A DNA stretch of 64,000 nt from Nostoc sp. DedSLP01. Its GTDB lineage: Bacteria; Cyanobacteriota; Cyanobacteriia; Cyanobacteriales; Nostocaceae. Both the position numbers and the translations under genes were made by a program. Shown piece by piece: positions 31,786 to 42,344 of the stretch (position 1 is the first letter of the stretch; each line of letters opens with the position of its first letter). The notes below the pieces were generated by a model that was not told the DNA's origin, did not search any database, and saw only the letters and a program-made list of their open reading frames with translations. Location of the stretch: contig JAVRCJ020000019.1 of NCBI GenBank assembly GCA_034530875.2, positions 64,001 through 128,000 on the forward strand, written 5' to 3'.

Positions 31786-31915
31786 TTAGGGCATAGGGCA
31801 TGGGGCATGGGGCATGGGGCATGGGGCAGAGGAGCAGGGGAGGCAGGGGGAGAAATTAGAGTAAGTCTTTCCCCTTGTCCTCTTCCGATGCCCGATGCCC
31901 TATGCCCTATGCCCA
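31786..31915. repeat. STRR heptamer hairpin between convergent genes
   Basis: (ggggcat)n ... (atgccct)n. Confidence 0.85.
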
Positions 31916-31916
31916 C

Positions 31917-34019
31917 TTAACAATCAACATTAGGCACTTTGATTGTCTGAGTCGGTATCCACACAGTAAAAATTGAGCCAATGCTCACCGTTGATTCTAC
32001 TTCAATTCGACCCCGGTGAAGTTCTACAAGTTGCTTAGTTAAAGCCAGTCCTAGCCCAGTGCCTTCGTAGCGGCGGCGATAGGGTGTATCGAGTTGTTGA
32101 AATTTTTCAAATAGTAATGGTAGTTGTTCTTCGGGAATGCCAATTCCGGTGTCTTCGACTTGAAAAATAGCGGTATCATCTTCTACCCAAAGACGTAAAG
32201 TAACGCTGCCATTTTCGGGGGTAAATTTAATCGCATTAGTTAATAAATTCCAGAGGATTTGTTCTACTCGTTCGGCATCAGCGGTAAAGCGATCGCGTCT
32301 TTGGTCTATTTGCAAATCTAGTTTAAGATTTATATTTTGGCTTGTTGCTTTTTGTCGCAGTGATTCTATAGCTCTTTGGGCAACATTCACCAAAGAAAAT
32401 TCCGAAATATTTAAAGCTGTCTTCCCAGCCTCGATTTGTGATAAATCGAGGATGTCATTAATCATTTCTAATAAATGTTCTCCACTATCGTGGATTGTTT
32501 GTAAATAATCCCGTTGTCGTTGACTCAATTCACCCAAAGGCCAGCGTAACAAGGTCGAAGACATGCCAATCACATAAGTTAAAGGCGTGAGTAATTCATG
32601 GCTAATAGTAGCGAGAAATTCACTTCTGAGACGGCTAGCAGCTTCGGCGGCCAGGAGGGCATCCCGTAGCGCCCTTGTGCGTTCGATAACTCGTTCTTCC
32701 AGCCTTTGTTTTTCTTGGGTGAGGGTTTGCATTAACTCAGATTGGTGAATGGCGATCGCTAATTGTTCCGCGATCCCGCCGAGCAAGTTTTTTTCGCTAT
32801 CAGTCCACTGACGCGGTTTATGGCACTGATGAGCAATTAGCAATCCCCAGAGTTTTTCCTCAAATATAATCGGTGCAGCCAACTTTGCCCGAATTTGGCA
32901 TTCCCTTAAAAAATTTAACAAACACTCTTCTAAAGCATAAGTTTTTTCGATATCATCCACAGCCAAAGTAAAGCCTTGGCGATACTTTTCCCAACATGCA
33001 GAGGTTGGGAAAAAGCAATTTTTTTCACTATAATTCAACACCGATATAACGCTATCTTTAGCCCGGGCTTCATAGACAACATAACCCCGATACTTTTGAT
33101 ATTCTTCGCGTATCAATTCACTATTAACTGCCCCAGAAATCTGCGGTCTACTGTTATCAGTATCGACGTTAAAATTCAAGCCTTGATTTTCTTGAATTGA
33201 GATTTCAGTTTTGATGCCACTAGCTAAAATTTCTTCTGGTGTCGTCAGTGCCGTGCCATTGAAATCAATACTATCAAACTGGTATTGTTGAGTCTTGACT
33301 TTGGAACCTTGAAATCTATAAATTACTAATCTGTCTAATTCCAGAAACTCACGCACTTGTGTAATTGCCGTTGCCATAATTACTGGCAAATCTAGGCTTT
33401 TGCGGATTTGCGTTGTTACCTGATTTAACAGTTGTTCTTGAGAAACTTGTTTTTTTAGGGCATCTTCAACTGGCTGACAAATATAAACAGCAGGCCCGAT
33501 TGCGCTTGGAGGTGGTATGATTTGTTGGTTTGGCTGAGTTAGCAAAAATTCTAATAACAACAGCGTGAATTGACTTTGAACCTTAGAATCGTTCGGTCTA
33601 ATAACTTGGCGATAGCGTTCAATATTTTGGTGAGTATGGGAATTGCACTCAAACAAATCTCTCAATTCCAACACAAAAGCAGCGATCGCCTCGAAATTAA
33701 ATGTCAATCTCGCATGGAGTTCTGAGTTATTAGTAGAAATGTCATTAATTGCCCCTGTATAAGAATCCTGAGTAGGTAATTTTTTTTCCTCATCTTCCTC
33801 CGGATTTCCCACCAACAGCGCACTAAACTGCTCAGAAACTACTACTGTAAACCTTTGCCTTTCCCAGTCCCCAGGAATACGAACCGAGGCTAACACAGCT
33901 TCCGTTAGTACCATCGGACTTCCCAGTGTTTGAGCCATCTGTTCTAACAATTCCCCAAGCTGATTGAATATAACAACAGGCAAGGTTCGAGAAAAGCTCA
34001 AATCAGGAGAACTCAGCAT
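31917..34019 (-). CDS. cikA: Circadian input kinase A-like GAF histidine kinase (no C-terminal pseudo-receiver)
   Basis: N-terminal domain, CQPVEDAL, GAF, SHELLTP, NAIKFT, GTGLGL; adjacent to cobN. Confidence 0.8.
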   Translation of the reverse strand: MLSSPDLSFSRTLPVVIFNQLGELLEQMAQTLGSPMVLTEAVLASVRIPGDWERQRFTVVVSEQFSALLVGNPEEDEEKKLPTQDSYTGAINDISTNNSELHARLTFNFEAIAAFVLELRDLFECNSHTHQNIERYRQVIRPNDSKVQSQFTLLLLEFLLTQPNQQIIPPPSAIGPAVYICQPVEDALKKQVSQEQLLNQVTTQIRKSLDLPVIMATAITQVREFLELDRLVIYRFQGSKVKTQQYQFDSIDFNGTALTTPEEILASGIKTEISIQENQGLNFNVDTDNSRPQISGAVNSELIREEYQKYRGYVVYEARAKDSVISVLNYSEKNCFFPTSACWEKYRQGFTLAVDDIEKTYALEECLLNFLRECQIRAKLAAPIIFEEKLWGLLIAHQCHKPRQWTDSEKNLLGGIAEQLAIAIHQSELMQTLTQEKQRLEERVIERTRALRDALLAAEAASRLRSEFLATISHELLTPLTYVIGMSSTLLRWPLGELSQRQRDYLQTIHDSGEHLLEMINDILDLSQIEAGKTALNISEFSLVNVAQRAIESLRQKATSQNINLKLDLQIDQRRDRFTADAERVEQILWNLLTNAIKFTPENGSVTLRLWVEDDTAIFQVEDTGIGIPEEQLPLLFEKFQQLDTPYRRRYEGTGLGLALTKQLVELHRGRIEVESTVSIGSIFTVWIPTQTIKVPNVDC

Positions 34020-34381
34020 TTTCGATCGTTGTGGTAAAAGGGGGCTGATTGCAGGGACGAAAGTTTATTTTTTTTAACAAAAACTTCAGAACCTCAGGAG
34101 CAGGCAGTGCAGTCTTCGGGTTTCCCTCATAAACTAACTACCGTTGAGAACTCATGATGAATTGGAGTTTGAGTTAAGTGATAACGCAGCGTTAGTGAGT
34201 CCGCAAGCGTCTAAAGTATTAGCCAAAACCTCGTTCCTTTATGGGCGAAACAAAGTTCAAAATTCTTCCTTTTGAAAACTCCATCCCTTTATGGGTAAAG
34301 TCTTGCGAATTCTGAATTTTGAATTCTGGCTCCTTTTTTTATTGTGTACTAAACAACAGTTTAAGGCGGGAATACAAGATT

Positions 34382-37300
34382 ATGCATCGTATAAGTGGCA
34401 TATCAGGCGGATGGAACCAGTCAGAGAGTTTAGTTTTTGTAGAACAAACTCCAGCGACTTTGGTATTGATTACGGCTGCTGATACCGACATTCAAACCTT
34501 AGCTGCTGCGGTTCCAAAATTACCTGCACGCTTTCCTACATTCAGAGCCGTCAACCTGTTGCAATTGCAGCAACAATTAAGTATAGATACTTATGGTGAA
34601 CAAGTTTTAGAACATGCCCAGGTAATAATTTTGCGCCTTTTAGGAGGACGTTCTTATTGGGCTTATGGCTTAGAAGTAGTGCAAGAAATTGTGCAACGTA
34701 ATGGTACAACCCTTATTGTAATGCCCGGAGACGATAGTCTCGATCCCGATTTAATCTCTCAGTCTACCGCGCCTTTGGGCATTGTTAACCAGATATGGGA
34801 GTATTTTAGCGAAGGCGGTGTAGAAAATTTTGTCAATGCTTTGCAATTTCTCGCCGACACTTGTCTTTTAACTACATACAATCCTTTGCCACCTCAGCGT
34901 ATTCCGCGTGTGGGATTGTATGAATGGGGAGTTGGGAGATGGGGAGATGGGGAGATAGGGGGATGGGGAAGTGTGGGGAGTGTGGGGAGTGTGGGGAGAG
35001 AGGGAGGAAAGATTTCTTCCCCATCTTCCCAAACCTCCCACACCTCCCTTTTTCCTCCATGCCCCATGCCCAAAGTCGGCATCCTTTTCTACCGCGCCCA
35101 TTATTTGGCAGGTAATACGAAGGTAATTGATGCTTTATGCCAAGCTTTAGTAAACAAAAATTTACAACCTGTGCCAGTTTTTGTTTCCTCATTGCGCGAA
35201 CCGGATGTTCAACTGGAGTTAAGCGAATTTTTTCAACCCAAAGAAGCCGAAGCAATTGGAGTGCTGCTCAATACCACCAGTTTTTCTTTAGCAAGGTTGG
35301 AGAGCGAAACACCGCAAAGCGAACTGTGGGAAAAACTAGATGTGCCTGTATTGCAGGTTATCCTCAGTGGCGGCTCAGTTGAACAGTGGGAGTTACAGTT
35401 TACGGGGCTTTCTCCCCGTGATATCGGGATGAACGTAGCGCTACCAGAAGTAGATGGGCGGATTATTACTCGTGCTGTCTCTTTTAAAGCACTACAAACT
35501 CGTAATCCCGATTTAGAGGCAGATGTGGTAATTTACGAACCAGTTAGCGATCGCATTGAATTCGTTGCTCAACTAGCAGCAAATTGGGTGCGGCTGCGTT
35601 CCAAGCCACCCCAAGAACGGCGAATTGCCCTCATTCTGGCAAACTACCCCAACCGCAATGGACGCCTAGCCAATGGCGTGGGACTCGATACCCCAGCTAG
35701 TTGTGTAGAAATCCTGCAAGCCTTAAACCAAGCAGGCTATCAAGTAGAAAATCCCCCTACTCAAGCAGATGAGTTAATTCAACGGCTAACATCCGGCGTC
35801 ACCAACGACCCGGAAAGTCGAGAATGGCGGCCGGCCCAGCAAAGTCTCTCTTGGACAGAGTATCAAGAGTATTTCGCTTCTTTACCAGAACAAGTTCAGC
35901 AAGGTATTAGCGAACGGTGGGGACTGGGGACTGGGGAAGATTCTTCCCAATCCCCAATCCCCAATCCCCAATCCCCAATCCCCGTTCCCGGAATTCAACT
36001 CGGCAACATCTTCGTGGGAATTCAGCCGTCAAGGGGTTACGATAATGACCCCAGTTTGAATTATCATGCACCGGATTTAGAACCAACTCATGCTTATTTG
36101 GCTTTTTACTATTGGGTTAGAGAATGTTTTGGTGCTGATGCTGTAGTTCATGTGGGCAAACACGGAAATTTAGAATGGCTACCGGGTAAAAGTGTGGCTT
36201 TATCGAGTAATTGTTATCCAGAAGTAGCTTTCGGCGCACTTCCTCATTTATATCCCTTTATTGTCAACGACCCTGGTGAGGGTTCCCAAGCCAAACGTCG
36301 CGCCCAAGCTGTAATTTTAGATCACCTGACGCCGCCCATGACTCGTGCAGAACTGTACGGTTCTTTGCAACAGTTAGAAAATTTAATTGATGAGTATTAT
36401 GAAGCGGAAAGTTTAGATCCTTCGCGCTTACCACCAATTCGCGATCGCATTCAAGAATTGATTCTTAAAGAAAATTTACATCTCGATTTAGGAATCCAAA
36501 ACCAAGAAATTATAAATTCTGAATTTAAAATTTTGAATTCTTTAGATGGTTATCTTTGCGAACTCAAAGAAGCTCAAATCCGCGATGGCTTACACATTTT
36601 TGGGCAATGTCCCCAAGGACAGCAATTAAGAGATTTAATAGTAGCGATCGCTCGCATACCAAATCGCTATTGTGTAGGCATTACCCGCGCCATAGCCCAA
36701 GATTGGGGTTTAGACTTCGACCCCCTCACAGCAGACCTTTCCACGACTAGCGGTCAATATTCCGTAGTCAATGGCACAGAATGTCGTACCATCGGTGATA
36801 TTGTTGAAGTCCTAGAACAATACGCCGCCCTGCTAGTAGAACAAATCATCACCCAGAATTCGGAATTCAGAACTCAGAATTCAGAACTCTCCACTCCCCA
36901 CCTCCCCATCTCCCCATCTCCCCATCTCCCCATCTCCCCATCTCCCCACTCCCCACTCAGCACTACCCTGGACTGGATAAGCGATCGCCTCCTTCCCGCT
37001 TTACAACAAACCAACCAAGAGATTACCTATTTATTACACGGACTCGATGGCGGGTACGTCAAGAGCGCCCCATCTGGCGCACCCACCCGCGGCCGCCCAG
37101 AAGTACTACCAACAGGGAGAAATTTTTATTCTGTGGATATTCGCGCCATTCCCACAGAAACAGCTTGGGATATCGGCAGGAAAGCAGCTGAAAACTTGAT
37201 TGAATATTACACTCAAGAACATGGTGAGTATCCAAAAACACTAGGCTTATCATTATGGGGAACTGCCACCATGAGAACTGGAGGTGATGATATTGCCGAG

Positions 37301-38401
37301 GCTTTGGCTTTACTGGGAGTAAGACCTGTATGGGATGGTGCGGCGAGGCGAGTCGTGGATTTTGAAATTTTGCCCCTGGCAGTTTTGGGGCGTCCCCGGG
37401 TAGATGTTACCTTGCGAATTTCTGGATTCTTCCGCGATGCTTTTCCCAATTTAATTGATTTATTCGCTCAAGCAGTGACAGCAGTGGCAAACTTGGATGA
37501 ACCCCCAGAACAAAACCCCCTCGCCCTTGCAGTTCGCCAAGAGACTGATTTGTGGACTCAACAAGGTTTAACTTTAGAAACAGCAAAAGAGCGATCGCTT
37601 TACCGCATTTTTGGTTCTCGCCCAGGTGCTTACGGCGCCGGACTCCAAGGCTTAATCGAATCGCAAAACTGGACAGATGACCAAGACTTAGCCCGCGCCT
37701 ACATCAACTGGAGTTCTTACGCCTATTCCTCAGCAAGGGGAGCAGGGGAGCAGGGGGGCAGAGGGGCAGAAGCTCTTGCTAATACCCAGTCCCCAGTCCC
37801 CAGTCCCCAATCCCCAATTCCCAGCCCCGAGATCTTCGAGCAACGCTTAGCCCAAATGCAAGTAGTACTCCACAATCAAGACAACCGCGAACACGACCTA
37901 CTCGATTCTGATGATTATTACCAATTTCAGGGAGGCTTAGCAGTTGCGGCGCGTTCTCTCCAAGGAAAAAATCCCCAAATTTATTTTGGGTATCATTCTA
38001 TACCCGCAAAACCACGAGTTCGCCAACTGAAAGAAGAAATCGCACGAGTGTATCGTTCTCGCGTAGTTAATCCTAAGTGGATTGCCGGAGTCATGCGTCA
38101 TGGTTATAAAGGTGCTTTTGAAATGGCGGCGACAGTAGACTATTTATTTGGCTATGATGCTACAACTAAATGTGTCGAAGATTATATGTATCAAGGCATT
38201 GTAGAAGCTTATTTACTCGACCCAGTTGTTTTAGAATTCATTGAGGAAAAAAACCCTTATGCACTGCGTGATATTGCTGAAAGATTAATAGAAGCACACA
38301 AACGCAATTTATGGCAGGATGTAAATATAGGAACATTAGAAACTTTGAGAAGCCTGGTACATCAAGCTGAAGCAGTTATCGAAGAAAAATCAATGGTGTA
38401 G
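34382..38401 (+). CDS. cobN: Cobaltochelatase subunit CobN
   Basis: LPEVDGR, HVGKHGNLEWLPGK, LPTGRNFY, RSRVVNPKW, HGYKG. Confidence 0.96.
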   Translation: MHRISGISGGWNQSESLVFVEQTPATLVLITAADTDIQTLAAAVPKLPARFPTFRAVNLLQLQQQLSIDTYGEQVLEHAQVIILRLLGGRSYWAYGLEVVQEIVQRNGTTLIVMPGDDSLDPDLISQSTAPLGIVNQIWEYFSEGGVENFVNALQFLADTCLLTTYNPLPPQRIPRVGLYEWGVGRWGDGEIGGWGSVGSVGSVGREGGKISSPSSQTSHTSLFPPCPMPKVGILFYRAHYLAGNTKVIDALCQALVNKNLQPVPVFVSSLREPDVQLELSEFFQPKEAEAIGVLLNTTSFSLARLESETPQSELWEKLDVPVLQVILSGGSVEQWELQFTGLSPRDIGMNVALPEVDGRIITRAVSFKALQTRNPDLEADVVIYEPVSDRIEFVAQLAANWVRLRSKPPQERRIALILANYPNRNGRLANGVGLDTPASCVEILQALNQAGYQVENPPTQADELIQRLTSGVTNDPESREWRPAQQSLSWTEYQEYFASLPEQVQQGISERWGLGTGEDSSQSPIPNPQSPIPVPGIQLGNIFVGIQPSRGYDNDPSLNYHAPDLEPTHAYLAFYYWVRECFGADAVVHVGKHGNLEWLPGKSVALSSNCYPEVAFGALPHLYPFIVNDPGEGSQAKRRAQAVILDHLTPPMTRAELYGSLQQLENLIDEYYEAESLDPSRLPPIRDRIQELILKENLHLDLGIQNQEIINSEFKILNSLDGYLCELKEAQIRDGLHIFGQCPQGQQLRDLIVAIARIPNRYCVGITRAIAQDWGLDFDPLTADLSTTSGQYSVVNGTECRTIGDIVEVLEQYAALLVEQIITQNSEFRTQNSELSTPHLPISPSPHLPISPSPHSPLSTTLDWISDRLLPALQQTNQEITYLLHGLDGGYVKSAPSGAPTRGRPEVLPTGRNFYSVDIRAIPTETAWDIGRKAAENLIEYYTQEHGEYPKTLGLSLWGTATMRTGGDDIAEALALLGVRPVWDGAARRVVDFEILPLAVLGRPRVDVTLRISGFFRDAFPNLIDLFAQAVTAVANLDEPPEQNPLALAVRQETDLWTQQGLTLETAKERSLYRIFGSRPGAYGAGLQGLIESQNWTDDQDLARAYINWSSYAYSSARGAGEQGGRGAEALANTQSPVPSPQSPIPSPEIFEQRLAQMQVVLHNQDNREHDLLDSDDYYQFQGGLAVAARSLQGKNPQIYFGYHSIPAKPRVRQLKEEIARVYRSRVVNPKWIAGVMRHGYKGAFEMAATVDYLFGYDATTKCVEDYMYQGIVEAYLLDPVVLEFIEEKNPYALRDIAERLIEAHKRNLWQDVNIGTLETLRSLVHQAEAVIEEKSMV

Positions 38402-38410
38402 GAAAAAAAT

Positions 38411-39511
38411 ATGGAGAATCTTGCGTATTTACACCTAGCTTACGCCTACGAAGATGGCACGCCCAGCGAATTAATTTCGCTCAGTTGTTTGTTAAACAAA
38501 GCAACTGCACCAGACTGGAAACGGCTTTCTGGAAAAGCTTGGAAATATATGCTGCCCCTTGCTTTGTCTTTGTCTATTCTCAGTGCTGTGACCACCGTCA
38601 TGGCACTAGAAAAAGGCGATCGAGGGCCTTCTGTGAGAAATTTACAACAAAAGTTAAAATCAGCAGGTTTTTATCAAGCACCTATTACCCAAATATATGA
38701 TGCATCCACAGAAGAATCTGTGCGACGCTTCCAAAAGGCGGCTGGCATACAAGTAAATGGTGTTGTTGGGCCTACTACTTTGCAAAAATTAGAAAATTGG
38801 CGAACTAAAAAGCCCAACACTGCAACTACACAAGCTAAAAAAACCAGCACTATCAGTTCAACAACTAACCAACGCCGCGATTCCAACTATTTGATGAAGG
38901 GAGATGAAGGCGAAAGTGTCAGGGTTTTACAAGAACGCTTAAGAGTCGCAGGCTTCTATTACGGGAACGCTACAGGAATATTTGGCCCGATTACTGAAGA
39001 AGCTGTTAGGCGCTTCCAAGATTCTTACAACTTAAGCGTTGATGGGATTGTTGGCCCGGCAACATTAAGTAAATTGCCGCCAGTTGGCATTGGTGATGGA
39101 GACGAAGCTCCCAGAAAGGCAGCGGATCGGAACAAACTCCGCCTTGGCGATCGCGGTGAGCCAGTTAGGTTACTTCAACAACATCTGATTCAAGCAGGAT
39201 ATCTAGAGGGAGAGCCAAATGGCTACTATGGCCCCTACACCGCAGATGCTGTCAAAAGATTTCAAGCAGCTAATTACCTAACACCAAGTGGTGTAGCTGG
39301 CCCGACTACTAGAGCTAAATTATATAGCTCAATAAATACTGTCCCTAAAAGCGACTTTAGCGTTCTGGAAATCCAAACGCGACTGCGGGAGAGGGGTTTT
39401 TATAAAGGCAAGCTGAACGGTGTGATGGCAGATGACACCAAAAAAGCAATTAAGCAAGCCCAAGAATTCTACGGCATTAGTCTAAAGGATCTTAAAAGCG
39501 GACGCTTTTAG
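38411..39511 (+). CDS. Peptidoglycan-binding domain protein (Alr1690-like)
   Basis: Repeated GD.G..VR.LQ..L...G...G..G..T..AV.RFQ; convergent with furA. Confidence 0.88.
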   Translation: MENLAYLHLAYAYEDGTPSELISLSCLLNKATAPDWKRLSGKAWKYMLPLALSLSILSAVTTVMALEKGDRGPSVRNLQQKLKSAGFYQAPITQIYDASTEESVRRFQKAAGIQVNGVVGPTTLQKLENWRTKKPNTATTQAKKTSTISSTTNQRRDSNYLMKGDEGESVRVLQERLRVAGFYYGNATGIFGPITEEAVRRFQDSYNLSVDGIVGPATLSKLPPVGIGDGDEAPRKAADRNKLRLGDRGEPVRLLQQHLIQAGYLEGEPNGYYGPYTADAVKRFQAANYLTPSGVAGPTTRAKLYSSINTVPKSDFSVLEIQTRLRERGFYKGKLNGVMADDTKKAIKQAQEFYGISLKDLKSGRF

Positions 39512-39643
39512 GATCTGCTTGGGTCTTATTAGTATCAATCCTCAACTGGTTGCTTGCCTCAAGTAACAGCAAAGAAACGAACTGCTCAAAATTTGACTTA
39601 CTTGGTTAATTTGAGTAGTTTCGTTTTTTTATATACCTAAGCC

Positions 39644-40099
39644 CTAAAGTGGCATCAGCGCTCGTTGGCACTTGGGACACACTGCATGGATAGTCATTTG
39701 ACAGTCAAGTAAGTGAAAACCTTCTTTTTGAGCAGTTTTCGCCCCAATTTTTAAAATTGAGTCATTTTTAAACTCAATTGTTGAGTTACAGCGCACGCAA
39801 ATTAGGTGATGGTGGTGATGGGGATAGGGCTGATTGAGTTCGTAATGCTTATGTCCCTCGCCCAGTTCTAATTCTCGGAGGATCCCCATTCTGGCCATCA
39901 ACTTCAAAGTCCGATAAATAGTTGATAGACTGATCCCTTCGCCGTCAGTTTCTAAACGATGATAAAGATCTTCCGCGCTCAGATGTTCGCCTTGCGGAAG
40001 TTCTTGAAAAATGTGTAAAATTGTTTCGCGCTGGGGAGTTAAACGCCAGCCTCGTTCGTTCAGTTCTGCCTTGAGTGAAGTAGTTGTGTAGACAGTCAT
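39644..40099 (-). CDS. furA: Ferric uptake regulator FurA
   Basis: RLTPQR, HLSAEDL, STIYRTL, HHHHHLIC..C, C..C; matches Anabaena FurA as recalled. Confidence 0.95.
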   Translation of the reverse strand: MTVYTTTSLKAELNERGWRLTPQRETILHIFQELPQGEHLSAEDLYHRLETDGEGISLSTIYRTLKLMARMGILRELELGEGHKHYELNQPYPHHHHHLICVRCNSTIEFKNDSILKIGAKTAQKEGFHLLDCQMTIHAVCPKCQRALMPL

Positions 40100-40474
40100 A
40101 GCTAATATTTCTCAACTAACAGGCTTTGTTGAGAATATAACAAATCTTGGGAGCAATTTGCAACAATCATTGCCTATTGAGAATCTTTATTAAATGCTTA
40201 AGAAAAACTCATCATACTATTGATGAAAAATCAGCTAACAATCGATCCCTGGCTTCAAGATATTCTGACCAAAGCTCTGGGGAAAGTGCTGTATAGTTAG
40301 ATGCAAATGATTAGCCATAAGCTGTAATAAGTTTTATGTCTGGGGATCGAGAGCAGTCCTTTGTCGCTAGTCATTTGTCAGCAGAGTTTTCAAATGATTA
40401 AGTGCAAAGTTCTGAGCGTCGCAAGTTCGCGCTCAGAACTTTCTAACAGATGACTAATGACAAATGACCGTTGA

Positions 40475-41725
40475 CTAACTCAAAGACTCCAAATAATCGC
40501 GGATGAGGTTGCGGCGCTTGGGTTGACGTAGCTTTTGCAAAGCCTTGGACTCAATTTGTCTGACTCGTTCCCGCGATAAATCGAGAGCGCGTCCGATTTC
40601 TGCTAAAGAGTAAGGATGACCATCTGCCAAACCGAATCGCATCAAAATTACGTCGCGTTCCCGGCTAGTCAAATCTGACAGAAGATGATGCAAGTCTTTT
40701 TGTAAAGATTCCCGCATTAACATTTCTTCTGGAGTTACATTGTCAGTTTCCAGTAATTCTCCTAACTCAGTATCTTTGTCCTTTCCTACTTTGGTTTCCA
40801 AAGAGACAGAGCGAGGAACCCGCAACAAAACTTCACGTACTTGGGTAGGTGTCATTTCCAACTCAGTTGCCAGATCTTCTAGAGTCGGGGTGCGACCTTT
40901 TTCTTGAGCAATTTTGCGTTGGGCTTTTTTGATTTTGTTTAACTTTTCTGTAATATGAACGGGTAGGCGGATGGTGCGGCTAGAAGTAGCGATCGCCCGT
41001 GTAATTCCTTGACGAATCCACCAGTAAGCATAAGTACTAAAGCGATAACCCTTAGTTGGGTCAAATTTTTCTACAGCCCTTTCTAAACCTAAAGTACCTT
41101 CTTGGACTAAATCCAACAATTCCAAACCACGATTTTGATACTTCTTGGCAACAGACACAACCAGGCGAAGATTAGCCTTAATCATGTGTTCTTTTGCCTG
41201 GAGTCCTTGGGACTGAATTTGCTCCAATTCTTCTACTGTCATTTTGGCGATTTCAGCCCAGCGACGTTTGCCCTCTGCCAAAATCGGTCTGAGATCGGAT
41301 ACAACGACACCAGCAGTAGTAGCCCACCTTTCCAAAGAGGGGCGATGTCCTAGTTCCGAGGTTAGACGCTCTTGAACTTCAACTAATCTTAGATAAGGTG
41401 CGATTACCTCATCTCCTTGCTTAGCCGCATTAGCTAGTACTATCCGCATCCGCAAGTAGCGCTGAACTTTTTGAGCTTCTGAAACCTCTTCATCCCGCCC
41501 TAACAACCTAACGCGACCAATTTCCTGAAGATACAGACGTACAAGATCGGTACTACGGCGGTTAGCGGTAGCAGCAAAGTTAGTATGGTCAACAGCAGCT
41601 AATTCTAGCTCCTGTAGATCGTCTACCGATAACTCACTTTCATCAACCGTGAGATCCGAGTCCAAAACCTGGCGGGACTTTTGGGTATTGAAGGCGGCAT
41701 CTGCATAAAAAGATGTTGCTGGCAT
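40475..41725 (-). CDS. sigC: Group 2 RNA polymerase sigma factor SigC
   Basis: DLVRLYLQEIGRVRLL, ANLRLVVSVAKKY, FSTYAYWWIRQ, SRERVRQIE; upstream of furA. Confidence 0.9.
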   Translation of the reverse strand: MPATSFYADAAFNTQKSRQVLDSDLTVDESELSVDDLQELELAAVDHTNFAATANRRSTDLVRLYLQEIGRVRLLGRDEEVSEAQKVQRYLRMRIVLANAAKQGDEVIAPYLRLVEVQERLTSELGHRPSLERWATTAGVVVSDLRPILAEGKRRWAEIAKMTVEELEQIQSQGLQAKEHMIKANLRLVVSVAKKYQNRGLELLDLVQEGTLGLERAVEKFDPTKGYRFSTYAYWWIRQGITRAIATSSRTIRLPVHITEKLNKIKKAQRKIAQEKGRTPTLEDLATELEMTPTQVREVLLRVPRSVSLETKVGKDKDTELGELLETDNVTPEEMLMRESLQKDLHHLLSDLTSRERDVILMRFGLADGHPYSLAEIGRALDLSRERVRQIESKALQKLRQPKRRNLIRDYLESLS

Positions 41726-42344
41726 AAAACGTCTCAATGGCTCCAGGTAACAATAGATTAGGGTCAGCTTAAGATTACGGTCAGCTATTCAACTGTTGCT
41801 ATTGTTCCCGTGATTCACGATGAACTAACACGGTAGAGGATTCCATTTCAATTTTTTTTATAAATTAAATGGAATAGTTTTATTCGATACAGTATTACTG
41901 AATTTAATTGTTGCTAAGCTTCTGATTGAACCAATAGCTATTCAAATCCGCAGCTAGGCTTTCAATATCTAAACTACTTATTTAACATTTCAACTTTGAT
42001 GTTTTTTCCTAGTTATTTTTGTAACATCGTATAAACATACTTCAGTGAATATGATGTTTATAGTTGGCATAGTCACATTTACATGGGTACAAAAGTAATA
42101 TCCTGACGATTTATCAATTTTTTCTCAGGATTATTTGGGAATAAGTTTAACTAATAGATGCTAGAAAACTGATTAGTGTCAGTAAGGTAGGAAGATGCGG
42201 GAAGAGGAAGATGTGAAGACGCAGAGAGTGGGAGACGGGGCGAGGTGAAGAGTGTTTGCGATAAATTCTCCCTGTTGTCTTTCGCCGCGTCTTTGTGTCC
42301 CGCTATCTCCGTGTCTTCTTTCCTTGCGTCTTTGCTTTTGACTA

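Noticed and set aside
34020..34381. Cobalamin riboswitch upstream of cobN
   Set aside because: No recognisable B12-box; the region is made of dispersed repeats (e.g. 34102-34144 resembles 17456-17495). An Infernal/Rfam scan would settle it.
37981..38000. CobN YFGYHS where an Asp (YFGD) is expected from memory
   Set aside because: Single substitution that cannot be evaluated without an alignment; may be a variant or a sequencing error.
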